Source: a virus (lineage: Duplodnaviria; Heunggongvirae; Uroviricota; Caudoviricetes). From it: 64,000 bases of DNA. Location of the stretch: positions 1 through 64,000 of the IMG/VR virus record IMGVR_UViG_2579778606_000002; one strand, written 5' to 3'. The position numbers and the translations under genes are program-made. The notes beneath the pieces are model-generated. The model ran no database searches and was not told the DNA's origin. It worked only from the letters and a program-made list of their open reading frames with translations. Shown here piece by piece: positions 7,777 to 16,606 of this stretch (the stretch's first letter is position 1; each line of letters starts with the position of its first letter).

Positions 7777-8805
7777 TTATGAATCCATCAGGCGACTATT
7801 TGCACCAACGGATGCCCCGCTACGGCGCAAATATCGCATAAGTGTTTCGGGCTTTTTCCATGTGCCTTCCTGCATGATCTCGACCATTGACACCTGTTTC
7901 TCAGCCATATCAATTGCCGCACCAACACGCGCACTATGGCCTGTCCACGTCCGGTATCTTCCCTTGTTCGGCGTGGCATCTCGTTTGTTCAGCAACCCCC
8001 AGGCATCGCTGAATATTTTCTCCATTGCAGGTGCAGTAAGGGGCGTTGTCGTGATTCTGGCCTTATTACTGCGGTGTATTGGCGGGAATAGCACCGCGTC
8101 CGGATGTTCTCGAAGTCCGGACACCTCCAGCCAGTCGTTCAGTACGGCGGTAGTGTAACGAGAAAGCACCTTATCAAGTCCGGCGGCGGTCGTGATGGTC
8201 TTCGTGTGTGAAATATGCAGCGTTACAGTGTCACCTCTTTGGTCCAGATCTCCGACACGGATGCGCGAGATTTCTGACATACGCATCAGGGTATTGTATG
8301 CCACGAAGAGAAACGCCCGATTGCGCAGGTCCACCAGCCGCTCGGAACGGGACAGCAACACGTCGAGCAATTTCAGATCATCCCACCGCAACGGTATAGC
8401 CTGGCCTGTTCGCTCGCCTTTTTCCGTTGCCGCTTCGCGCCGGATGCGCCGCATGGCCAGAGACACACTTTTATCGTCCGACAGCGGCGGGAGGCCACAT
8501 TGCGAAAGCAGCATGTTAAGCATGGCATAGTGCTTATCAATGGTGGTCGAAGCCAGATCGGCCTCATGCAACTGGAGAAGATACTCGCGGGCCATTTCCG
8601 GCGTAATCGGGAACCAGGGGCGCTGGCGCGAGTTACACCACCGCGCCCAGGAATGAAACACCAGACGGAGATCACGAAGTGTATTTGGGGCATAAGCTCC
8701 CTGGTCGTTCATGAACTGCATAAAGTTTTTTGCAGCTTCCTGGTATTCGGTGCCAATATCGCGCAGAAAACCACCAGAACCGCCGGAGATAACTAGTTCA
8801 CCCAT
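7777..8805 (-). CDS. dre: Cre-family tyrosine site-specific recombinase (Dre-like)
   Basis: 342 aa; collinear with Cre (…WFP..PE..R.YLL.L....LA..TI..H...LNML...SGLP.PSD...VSL.MRRIR…HSARVGAA.DMA…) and near-identical to what I recall of D6 Dre; cognate rox site 150 bp upstream. Confidence 0.85.
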   Translation of the reverse strand: MGELVISGGSGGFLRDIGTEYQEAAKNFMQFMNDQGAYAPNTLRDLRLVFHSWARWCNSRQRPWFPITPEMAREYLLQLHEADLASTTIDKHYAMLNMLLSQCGLPPLSDDKSVSLAMRRIRREAATEKGERTGQAIPLRWDDLKLLDVLLSRSERLVDLRNRAFLFVAYNTLMRMSEISRIRVGDLDQRGDTVTLHISHTKTITTAAGLDKVLSRYTTAVLNDWLEVSGLREHPDAVLFPPIHRSNKARITTTPLTAPAMEKIFSDAWGLLNKRDATPNKGRYRTWTGHSARVGAAIDMAEKQVSMVEIMQEGTWKKPETLMRYLRRSGASVGANSRLMDS

Positions 8806-8957
8806 GAAACTATTAAACCTCTATATACAGATAACGCTACGTGAAAAATAGAAAACTGACAGGGTAGTTATAAGTTAATTTTCAAAATTCAAGCCTTTGA
8901 TTCGAGGCATGATTTTTCATCCTTGTCAATACTGCCTGTTTACTGGAGATTATAGCC

Positions 8958-8989
8958 TAACTTTAAATAATGCCAATTATTTAAAGTTA
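8958..8989. other. rox: rox-type recombination site: 14-bp inverted arms TAACTTTAAATAAT / ATTATTTAAAGTTA around a GCCA spacer
   Basis: Read directly; identical to the 32-bp rox site I recall for Dre; lox-like architecture upstream of the recombinase gene. Confidence 0.8.
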
Positions 8990-9074
8990 GAAATCGGGAC
9001 TTTTTTCCCAAAAAAACACCGACAAGATCACTTCGCAAATCTGTCAGCCATGCGGTAGCCGTTTCCTGGTTACA

Positions 9075-9084
9075 TTTTCTAATA
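9075..9084 (-). promoter_or_regulatory. operator-like motif variant (TTTTCTAATA on plus strand = TATTAGAAAA on minus)
   Basis: Between rox and gene 9187..10224. Confidence 0.35.
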
Positions 9085-9158
9085 GGAACAATCAAAAAAA
9101 AGCGGTTTTATCCTTTACTCACCTTGTTATTCAGCATAAATTTGTCACAGGACTTTTA

Positions 9159-9168
9159 TGTTAGAAAA
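9159..9168 (+). promoter_or_regulatory. operator-like motif TGTTAGAAAA (followed by CTAAATC), 19 nt upstream of ATG 9187
   Basis: Exact 10-mer copy overlapping the likely promoter/RBS region. Confidence 0.45.
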
Positions 9169-9186
9169 CTAAATCGAGTAGGAATA

Positions 9187-10224
9187 ATGAGTAAGAAGTC
9201 GATCGAGAATGAGTACAAACGGTTCCTGCAAACCGCTGAACGGTGGAAAGAGCTGGTGGTCGCAAACTCTGTTTTCCATGATACCAGTTACGTTGGCGAG
9301 GAATTTCGCCATGTTGCATTAACACATGATCCGGCTGTATTAGAAGAAGCTGAAAAATGCATAGCCGAATGGAAAGCCTTTGTTGATCTGTGTCGCAAGG
9401 ATGATGACAAAGCCTCAAACATTGTTGAGTCGGTTTATTTACCGATCCCATTCATTGTTGAGGATACTAATCAGAGTACGCATATCGTTATGCAAAGCGC
9501 AACCACAACGAGAACATTTACGCGCGAAGACCTGCTGAAAAAATACGATAAAACTATAAAGAAAAGCATGAAAAACAGGATCTTTTCACAGGTTGTCGGT
9601 GCGCTTGAAGAAGAACGCAGATTCTTCGCCGCAGAACGTGAGGGCGAGGTATACCGCGCAAGAAAAGAAGGTTATACCGATGTGGTGATTACCACCAATA
9701 TCGAGGGCAACAATGGACTTTCACGCTTCAGAGTGGGTACGCACGGTGCGCTGATCTTTGCAAAAAAAGCAAACACAGAGATTCCCGTTGTTAACAACGT
9801 TGGTGAGCGCCGCACCCTTACCATTTACACTGGCATTAAACCGCTTCCGTGCGGACTTCTCGGCGAATTTGACCTTTATCGGGTTCGTGACCTGGAAAAG
9901 CAGCAGCCAAGCTATGTCGTGAAGTCATATATCCTGAGAAACATTGATATCCGCAATCAGAGTTTAAAAAACAAATCAGAGAAAATGCTGTCCGAAGCCG
10001 ATCCAGCCATACACCAGATCGTTAGCCGGAAAATTCAAGAAGCTAAAGATGCAATGGCAAGGCTGGATAAAATGGACCTGGAACTACTGGAAGTTATGAT
10101 TGCCTCCGGCGATGACCTGACAGGCATCCGCCTTACTGAAGCCAGGAAAAAATACGGTAAAAGCGTTGAAGAACGCTATGGGTACACATTCACACAAACG
10201 ATGTACGCGGCAAAACTCTGGTAA
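9187..10224 (+). CDS. hypothetical 345-aa protein, AT-rich gene adjacent to rox; possible repressor-position or accessory gene
   Basis: ATG at 9187 with AGGAA upstream (ORF track start 9124 is TTG); lower GC than flanks; flanked upstream by two operator-like motifs. Confidence 0.45.
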   Translation: MSKKSIENEYKRFLQTAERWKELVVANSVFHDTSYVGEEFRHVALTHDPAVLEEAEKCIAEWKAFVDLCRKDDDKASNIVESVYLPIPFIVEDTNQSTHIVMQSATTTRTFTREDLLKKYDKTIKKSMKNRIFSQVVGALEEERRFFAAEREGEVYRARKEGYTDVVITTNIEGNNGLSRFRVGTHGALIFAKKANTEIPVVNNVGERRTLTIYTGIKPLPCGLLGEFDLYRVRDLEKQQPSYVVKSYILRNIDIRNQSLKNKSEKMLSEADPAIHQIVSRKIQEAKDAMARLDKMDLELLEVMIASGDDLTGIRLTEARKKYGKSVEERYGYTFTQTMYAAKLW

Positions 10225-10261
10225 TCGCAAGCCACCCACAAGCCCCGAATCGCCGGGGCTT

Positions 10262-11770
10262 TTAAATGTCAATATCAGGAATATCCACTTCTGCCAACAC
10301 CTGATCGCGGAATGTTGCTAGTTCTGCGCCAATGTCTTCATTAGCAGGCACGTAATCCACCAGCATAGTGAAGCAGTAGGTATCCCATCTGTCCGGCGAC
10401 TTGATGTTTAACTTCTGCCGCATGTGCTCCTTGCGCATCATCGCCACCTTCCCTTCTTCGTTAAGCATATACGGGATTTTTGATGCCTGATCGGCAGTTT
10501 TGGGGTCACTATCGATACGCATACGCCCTGATTTAATGGCATCCCCTGCCATAATATTGGCGTAAGCACGCTGATTGACAAAGCGTTCTCTGTCTCTTAG
10601 CGCAAACATAGGTTTACCCCAACGGATGCGAACGGGATTAGCACCACGGCGGACAAGCTGCGCACACGTATCTGAACCAAAGCCATCAGCATCCACAGCA
10701 ATGGTGATGTTCGGGTATTTATCAGGAGTGCATTCGTTATAGATAAAGTCGGCAAAAGCCAACGGGTCCATAGTGCCTGGCATCTCCAGTATCTTAAAGT
10801 TCACAACACGTCGTTTCTCACGATAACCGGATACTTTGCATATATTGAGCACCGATTTGTCGCGACCATTACCGACGTCAGCGGTCGCTACCCAGCCCCA
10901 ATCTTTCTCCAGCAACACTTTACGCCGTGCGGCGCGGTCGCACTCATCACGACCAAGCAAATACCCGTTAATTGCACGCGGGAACTGGCCCAGCACCTTA
11001 ACCATGTACTCCAGCGAATCCCTGCCGCCGTACTCCAGCAATTTCTCACGAATAAAGCTCGGTTCAACGAATGGAGATTCTTCAGAGTTAAGGACTATTG
11101 CCGTCCAGACTCCTTCCGGATTGCCTTCTGCCTTTGCCCTTGAATGGTGGGATTCATAAAAGTAACCGCTTGGACGCGTAGGCTGGGAAAGCATGAGCAT
11201 ACGGTTATCTTTCTGCGTTAACGCCCCCGTCATGACGTTAATCGCCTTATCTGATATGCCCGATGCTTCATCAAGGATTAGCAGTAAATGCTCCGCGTGC
11301 TCCCCCGCCAGTGCCTCTTCGTTACCGAGTCGATAACCTTTACAGAGCACTTCCCATATCCCTTTACGGGAACGCTCATAAAACATGGTGTCAGACAGGA
11401 CAAAATAGGTCTGTAACCAGCCGTGGCGCTTAACAGCATTCGCCCAAAACTGTTTCACGTATTTGAATACGCCTGTTTTTACCTGGCCTATTTTGTTCGC
11501 AACAATAATGACGCGGGCGTCGGGGAACAGGATCATAAAAATTAGTAGCAACATCGCGGTAAGGGACGACTTACCCGTTCCGTGTCCGGACGTAACGGTC
11601 GTCCTGCTCCCCGTCTCCTGCACTGACTGAATGATCTGCTGCTGCTGGTGGGAGGGGAACATCCCAAAAATATCGACAACCGCCTGGGTAAAGTTGTATC
11701 GATACCTGATAACCATATCGCGCCAACGTGGATCACTGGTGACGCACTTAATCTTACGACCACCAGCCAT
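10262..11770 (-). CDS. pacB: terminase large subunit (PacB-like)
   Basis: 502 aa, Walker A GHGTGKS, nuclease-like C-terminal half; immediately downstream of pacA-like gene as in P1. Confidence 0.75.
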   Translation of the reverse strand: MAGGRKIKCVTSDPRWRDMVIRYRYNFTQAVVDIFGMFPSHQQQQIIQSVQETGSRTTVTSGHGTGKSSLTAMLLLIFMILFPDARVIIVANKIGQVKTGVFKYVKQFWANAVKRHGWLQTYFVLSDTMFYERSRKGIWEVLCKGYRLGNEEALAGEHAEHLLLILDEASGISDKAINVMTGALTQKDNRMLMLSQPTRPSGYFYESHHSRAKAEGNPEGVWTAIVLNSEESPFVEPSFIREKLLEYGGRDSLEYMVKVLGQFPRAINGYLLGRDECDRAARRKVLLEKDWGWVATADVGNGRDKSVLNICKVSGYREKRRVVNFKILEMPGTMDPLAFADFIYNECTPDKYPNITIAVDADGFGSDTCAQLVRRGANPVRIRWGKPMFALRDRERFVNQRAYANIMAGDAIKSGRMRIDSDPKTADQASKIPYMLNEEGKVAMMRKEHMRQKLNIKSPDRWDTYCFTMLVDYVPANEDIGAELATFRDQVLAEVDIPDIDI

Positions 11771-13134
11771 TAGTCATCCTCCGGCTGGTCTATCGCAATC
11801 TCGTCATCTACAGCATCAAAACCGGTATCCCCCGCGTCATAATCACCGTAGATATCAGCCGTGGCGGAAGGGTCTATATTCAGGTCTTCATCATTGGCCT
11901 CAAATTCACCGGCTTTACGTTCTCCGTTCCGGTCGTAATCCCCCATCCCAAGCCTATCAACGATTTTCGCTACTTCAGCCCGGCGTTGTGCAAGCCATTG
12001 TGGGAGTCCAGCTTGTTGCTCGGCAAACTGCTTCGCCTCTTTATCCAGTTGCTCATCATCAACATCGTTAACGTCAGAAACCGGAGGCTCCAGAAGTGAG
12101 ATCGCTTTTGCCGCTCGTGCCGCCAGGATAGCCGGGACACTGACGCCCTGCCGCTCGATATATTCAGCAACGCCTATATCGTCCAGCTCCTCGCGCTCAC
12201 GCATACGTATAGCGGCGGCGATAACTCTGGCGGCGCGTGCGTCAGCGCCAATGCGATACTCAATCTCTTTGCCACGCTGCTCGGCTTGCAGGCGAGTAAT
12301 CGCCAGTTTTTCTCTGGCCTCAGCCTCTCTGAATGCCTGCTGGCGCGCGCCCTGCGCAAGTTTTTCATCCCCCTGGCGTAGCTTCTGCTCGGTCTGGTAG
12401 ATGGCAGCCAACCTACTGATAAAGTCATTCATGTAGTAGGCCGCATCGCTTATTAGGCCGAGAAGACGCTGCCCTGGGTGCATTCCCTCTGGCTGTGTAT
12501 CGCCGAGGGCGTCAATCTCTTCCTGTAGTCGTTCCGCTTCCTGGTCAACGATGGCCTGATACTGAATTGCTCGTTCCTGCGCCATCTGTATCGCAAGTCG
12601 TAAATGTTCAGTCGCGCCGTTCTTCATCATCTCACGGGCGACGTTGGTGGCAGGCAAAGTGGCGCTTTGAGCTGATGAGTCAGGGATCATTTGCAATGAT
12701 CCCTTGTTTCGTTGGGCTTTTTCGCTGCTTTTAGGGATCATTTCCCCCATTTCATCACAAAATGATCCCCTTACATCCTTGTGTATCTTATTGTTATTAC
12801 TTGGCTTTTCTTTGTGATCCGCATTTTGTTTTTGCGGCATGGCGCGGAATCGTCCACCAGCTAACGATTTGTCAGTTTTTGTAAATTCTGTGCTTTTATC
12901 AGCCTTTTTTTGCTCTTTTTTTGGGCTTGTGGCGCTACTTTTTGCGCGCTGTTTTGTACTTTTCCCGGCAGCCTTAGCTTTCGCTTTAACCTCGTTTTTT
13001 TTCATATTGAGATGCTTTCTGGCGGTGTTAAAGCTGAGGTCATGCTGCTCGCAATATTCTTTTATGGTGATCCCGGTTTCTTCTCTTAACTCCAGGAACT
13101 TAGCTCGATGCGCTTCCCAGTTAATTAACGTCAT
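11770..13134 (-). CDS. pacA: terminase small subunit / pac-recognition protein (PacA-like)
   Basis: 454 aa, N-terminal HTH-like region, Lys-rich linker, acidic C-terminus; contains GATC-rich pac-like cluster near 5' end. Confidence 0.6.
   Translation of the reverse strand: MTLINWEAHRAKFLELREETGITIKEYCEQHDLSFNTARKHLNMKKNEVKAKAKAAGKSTKQRAKSSATSPKKEQKKADKSTEFTKTDKSLAGGRFRAMPQKQNADHKEKPSNNNKIHKDVRGSFCDEMGEMIPKSSEKAQRNKGSLQMIPDSSAQSATLPATNVAREMMKNGATEHLRLAIQMAQERAIQYQAIVDQEAERLQEEIDALGDTQPEGMHPGQRLLGLISDAAYYMNDFISRLAAIYQTEQKLRQGDEKLAQGARQQAFREAEAREKLAITRLQAEQRGKEIEYRIGADARAARVIAAAIRMREREELDDIGVAEYIERQGVSVPAILAARAAKAISLLEPPVSDVNDVDDEQLDKEAKQFAEQQAGLPQWLAQRRAEVAKIVDRLGMGDYDRNGERKAGEFEANDEDLNIDPSATADIYGDYDAGDTGFDAVDDEIAIDQPEDD
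12685..12829. other. pac: candidate pac site: five GATC-containing hexamer elements (TGATC[C/A]) within 145 bp inside 5' part of pacA
   Basis: GATC at 12685, 12698, 12736, 12764, 12826 embedded in repeated GGGATCA / TGATCC elements; P1 pac is a Dam-methylated hexamer cluster inside pacA. Confidence 0.45.
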
Positions 13135-13523
13135 AGGGAAGCCTCACGTTTTTTCACAGCGGCGTTCCATAGCTGGTTAGTCATCGCCACCAACTGACGC
13201 TGCTCCTTTCGTAATTGAGCTTCTATCTTTCGGTTGGTGTTTTTCACCAACAGCCGACCGAATTCAGGAGTGCGCCCGCGCACCTTGAACTGGTATCCAT
13301 TCAGGCCATGTAGCCAATATTTCCGGGGGTATACGCGGTCGTCTATTTCGCAAATGGCACGACTGGAACGAACAAAAAAACGTATGATGTTATTTACGTT
13401 TACGCGCGACACATGAAGGTGAGGATATTGTGCTTTTGCACGGCTGGTGATTTCGGTGACCGTCAGATAGCAGTCAGCCCTGATCATGATATCCGCTATT
13501 TCGGCGCTACTGATTTGCTCCAT
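13131..13523 (-). CDS. lpa: possible late promoter activator (Lpa-like), 130 aa
   Basis: Position immediately upstream of pacA as in P1; operator-like motif just upstream; assignment by synteny only. Confidence 0.35.
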   Translation of the reverse strand: MEQISSAEIADIMIRADCYLTVTEITSRAKAQYPHLHVSRVNVNNIIRFFVRSSRAICEIDDRVYPRKYWLHGLNGYQFKVRGRTPEFGRLLVKNTNRKIEAQLRKEQRQLVAMTNQLWNAAVKKREASL

Positions 13524-13600
13524 TTATCCCCCGGATAGAAAAAGACCGAGGGGATGATAATCAGCTTGTTAATACTGAGAAGACTGTCAAAAACATGATG

Positions 13601-13610
13601 TATTAGAAAA
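13601..13610 (+). promoter_or_regulatory. operator-like motif variant TATTAGAAAA (followed by TTAATATT) upstream of lpa-like gene
   Basis: Intergenic 13524..13630. Confidence 0.4.
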
Positions 13611-13630
13611 TTAATATTAACTTACTAACA

Positions 13631-14014
13631 CTACCAGCGGGATAAACGAACAACATGCTTAACTTTTGCCTCCCACTTCCCTTTATGTTTGTTGATCACC
13701 GCCTGCGCCATCTTCAGACTGGCTTCAAAATCGGCTTTTCGACCACTATTGCCCACCAGCAACGCTCCGTCTATTTCGGGTAAGCATAAGTAATCCTGCT
13801 CGACGGTAAGCGGCATTGATGATGTAACCTGGCAGGCTTTCCATCTGAAGCGTATGCGCACACTCCTGACTGACATCACGACATAACCTGATATTGTGCT
13901 CTTGTGTCCGGCGTCTGTGCGTGTAGCCTTGCATGATGTTATCTTGCAGGTGATGATGTCCCAACCAATGTGCATCGCATCCTCAATGCGTAATTTAGTA
14001 GCCTCGTACATCAA
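13631..14014 (-). CDS. hypothetical protein, 127 aa
   Basis: ORF in minus-strand operon. Confidence 0.4.
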   Translation of the reverse strand: MMYEATKLRIEDAMHIGWDIITCKITSCKATRTDAGHKSTISGYVVMSVRSVRIRFRWKACQVTSSMPLTVEQDYLCLPEIDGALLVGNSGRKADFEASLKMAQAVINKHKGKWEAKVKHVVRLSRW

Positions 14015-14586
14015 AAAACCTCCCAGTCAGTAGCGATAATATCGACACCAGTTGCAAACCAGTCTGTCTGCGCCTGTAAATCCCCATTCATCATTACCAG
14101 GCGAGGCATAACCATCACATCACAACCTTCAACAATATCGAATGCCTCTTCCGGCAGGAATTCGACGAGCTTTTCTTTGCTGCCAACACTGCCACGGAGC
14201 ATCGATATATAGCTCCCTTTAGGCCATGATGTTCGCCGGGCATCAAGCCCCTTCATCATCCAGTAAAAGGCCGATGAGAACGGGATGTTCTTTTTGGCGA
14301 TGAGCACGTTATTCGCTTCTGTGTACTTCAGGAACTTAACTAACCTTACCATCGACTCGGATAACGCAATGTACGGCTCATGATTGATTGCTGACACGCT
14401 TACGCCGTGCAGTCCAACACTTACCACTGTCATATCACCGTTCTGTGCGGTTTCGATGTTGACGCCTTTACGAACTAACGCTGCATAAAGCTCCTCGCGC
14501 TTTTGCGTCCAGCATTCTCGTCGCCCTATAAAGTCACTCAAAACGAGATCATCTTCTGAATACGCGTTATCGTTCGCCGTTAACAT
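14011..14586 (-). CDS. protein with C-terminal DUF2829-like domain
   Basis: FYWMMKGLDARRTSWPKGSYI ... DWFATGVDIIATDWEVF resembles DUF2829 signature (weaker than 5707..6369). Confidence 0.45.
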   Translation of the reverse strand: MLTANDNAYSEDDLVLSDFIGRRECWTQKREELYAALVRKGVNIETAQNGDMTVVSVGLHGVSVSAINHEPYIALSESMVRLVKFLKYTEANNVLIAKKNIPFSSAFYWMMKGLDARRTSWPKGSYISMLRGSVGSKEKLVEFLPEEAFDIVEGCDVMVMPRLVMMNGDLQAQTDWFATGVDIIATDWEVF

Positions 14587-15040
14587 AACGTCTCCTTTTT
14601 TACACGCGCGACTATCCCCCGGCTGAACCGGTAGTGACGTCGTAAATTCGTATTAATTAAGGGTTACAGCCTGAGCGGCTATATGATGAATTGAAAGGAG
14701 TTGTGGCGGTGGTGCCTCCACCTGCCAGGTTAGCCACGCCCGGCGACGACACTTATCAGAACGTAGTGAATGAAAATGGCTTCGTCACGAGCGCATAGCC
14801 GCAATTACCACAACGGAGAAGGCGCTCGTATTAATTAAACACCTTTTCCTGTTGTACGCCGTGCTATTCCGGCTGTCACACCGAATCGCCAGGATGGTGA
14901 GTCCCTGAGTCCGCTACCCTACCAACGGTGACTTGCACATTCCGGCTACCTGATGTGCCCATGCAGTGTTAGTAAGGCACCTAACAGCTACACCAGACCG
15001 CTAACGACGCATGTGCCATACGCCGTGTTACAACCAAATG

Positions 15041-15117
15041 TGGTGGCCCCTACCGGACTTGAACCGGTGACCGTGCGATTATGAGTCGCCCGCTCTAACC
15101 ACTGAGCTAAAGGGCCA
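15041..15117 (-). tRNA. tRNA-Ile2-like (anticodon CAU; could be read as Met without lysidine modification)
   Basis: Reverse complement GGCCCTTTAGCTCAGTGGTTAGAGCGGGCGACTCATAATCGCACGGTCACCGGTTCAAGTCCGGTAGGGGCCACCA folds as cloverleaf; anticodon arm GGCGACTCATAATCGC like E. coli ileX. Confidence 0.7.
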
Positions 15118-15544
15118 GATTACTGTTAATTACGCTTACGCTTTTTGCCAGAACCGCGTAAGGCTTTTGCCGCTTGCTCTACCCCGTATGCAACCACCAG
15201 CAGAAACAATAATGTCCACTCCGGGTTTTTATCGGCAAACGCCCAAAAATCCATCACTTGCAGCCACCTTTTAAGACAAACGCCATTGCTGTTAGGTTGC
15301 GGTGCCGGGTGCCTCCCGGTGACGTTAACCAGTTAACAATTAACGCCGGATCACTTATGGATTCTCGTTACGCCAGTAAAAAGACCACCTTTACTGTTTT
15401 AACTGTTCCGCGTGCGCTTAGCCGCATTCACCGCAATGGTAAGAGCATTTGGCTGACTGGGCGGCGATGACGCCTGTACGCATTTGGTGATCCGGTTCTG
15501 CTTCCGGCATTCGCTTAATTAGCCAAATACTCTTAACGTTGCGA

Positions 15545-15631
15545 TGGCGGAGAGTAATGGAATCGAACCATCATCGCTTGGGCGACGGGACGGTTTTCAA
15601 GACCGCTTGAGCACCATGCTCCCTACTCTCC
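15545..15631 (-). tRNA. class II tRNA, probable tRNA-Ser (anticodon UGA); D-arm atypical
   Basis: 7-bp acceptor GGAGAGT/ACTCTCC, discriminator G, CCA, anticodon loop CTTGAAA, long variable arm, T-loop TTCGATT. Confidence 0.45.
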
Positions 15632-15872
15632 AGTGATTGTGGTGGTCGGTGCTGATCTCCGACTGCGCCTCTTTTTTTCATAGCCCATAAGGCCGGTCAG
15701 TGCGCTTGATGACTGAGGCATCGATATTTACTACGCCGCCTCGTTGCCATAGGGCGGACTTGCGCGCCAGCAACGCGCATTCACCACAACGGTAAGGGTA
15801 CTTCGTAGGGATTCGAACCCTCTGCCAAGCACGGCGATCTCCGACGTCGCAAAATACCCTTACCTGTTGTGT

Positions 15873-15948
15873 TGGTGCCGGTTAACGGACTCGAACCGCT
15901 GACATCCTGCTTACAAGGCAGGCGCTCTACCAACTGAGCTAAACCGGC
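15873..15948 (-). tRNA. tRNA-Thr (anticodon UGU)
   Basis: GCCGGTTTAGCTCAGTTGGTAGAGCGCCTGCCTTGTAAGCAGGATGTCAGCGGTTCGAGTCCGTTAACCGGCACCA; canonical cloverleaf. Confidence 0.8.
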
Positions 15949-15952
15949 AATT

Positions 15953-16039
15953 TGGTGGGGAGTGATGGAGTCGAACCATCCGAGTCGCAATGACAGTAGA
16001 TTTACAGTCTACCCCGCTACCCCTACGGACTAACTCCCC
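15953..16039 (-). tRNA. class II tRNA, probable tRNA-Tyr (anticodon GUA)
   Basis: Acceptor GGGGAGT/ACTCCCC, anticodon arm GTAGACTGTAAATCTAC and variable arm similar to E. coli tRNA-Tyr; D-arm imperfect. Confidence 0.55.
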
Positions 16040-16044
16040 TAAAT

Positions 16045-16121
16045 TGGCGATGGTGGGTGGATTCGAACCACCGACCGACAGCTTAGAAGGCTGCTGCTCT
16101 ATCCTACTGAGCTACACCATC
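16045..16121 (-). tRNA. tRNA-Arg (anticodon UCU, reads AGA)
   Basis: GATGGTGTAGCTCAGTAGGATAGAGCAGCAGCCTTCTAAGCTGTCGGTCGGTGGTTCGAATCCACCCACCATCGCCA; canonical cloverleaf. Confidence 0.75.
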
Positions 16122-16582
16122 ACTTGCCGGGTACGTCTCCGGCGAGGGCTTCCACCTCCGTATGCTTTTCGGCGCACCGCGCCCTGGCTGCAATTCGGTA
16201 ACAGGGGATACACAACCCTGGCTTCCAGCGTGATTAGCGCCTTCAGCATGACGGGATATACCCGTTACAAGACATTATTCCAGAAAGCCATTAACCAATG
16301 GCTGTTACGCGGGAAGGACGTAACAGGTAAGGGCGCTGACCAGAAAGACCTGACCCTTCTCATTCATCTGGTTAATCACACCAGCGCCCTTGCCTGTTAT
16401 GCCTCCCCGTTCCCTAATACACAGACGGGGACACTCTGCGGTCGATTTTTTGACGGGGGACGACTCATACCCCGTGGCGTCAGGCTTCTTAGGCCGCTAC
16501 CATCATCAGATCATCGTTTGCATTTACTTTAATGGTCGGGTTCTAAACCGCCGCAAAGTCGCTAACCATGACGAAAACACTG

Positions 16583-16606
16583 AAAAAACACCCACCCGAA
16601 GGTGGG
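16583..16606 (-). terminator. rho-independent terminator (minus strand): CCCACC-TTCG-GGTGGG then TGTTTTTT
   Basis: Stem-loop with tetraloop followed by T-tract when read on minus strand. Confidence 0.5.

Noticed and set aside
8958-8989. loxP site
   Set aside because: Architecture is lox-like but the arm sequence (TAACTTTAAATAAT) and 4-bp spacer differ from loxP (ATAACTTCGTATA, 8-bp spacer); it matches rox instead.
15781-16532. ORF-track entries 15781..15990 (minus) and 15990..16532 (plus)
   Set aside because: They translate straight through tRNA genes (for example AQLVER from the tRNA-Thr D-arm); artefacts of structured GC-rich RNA genes.
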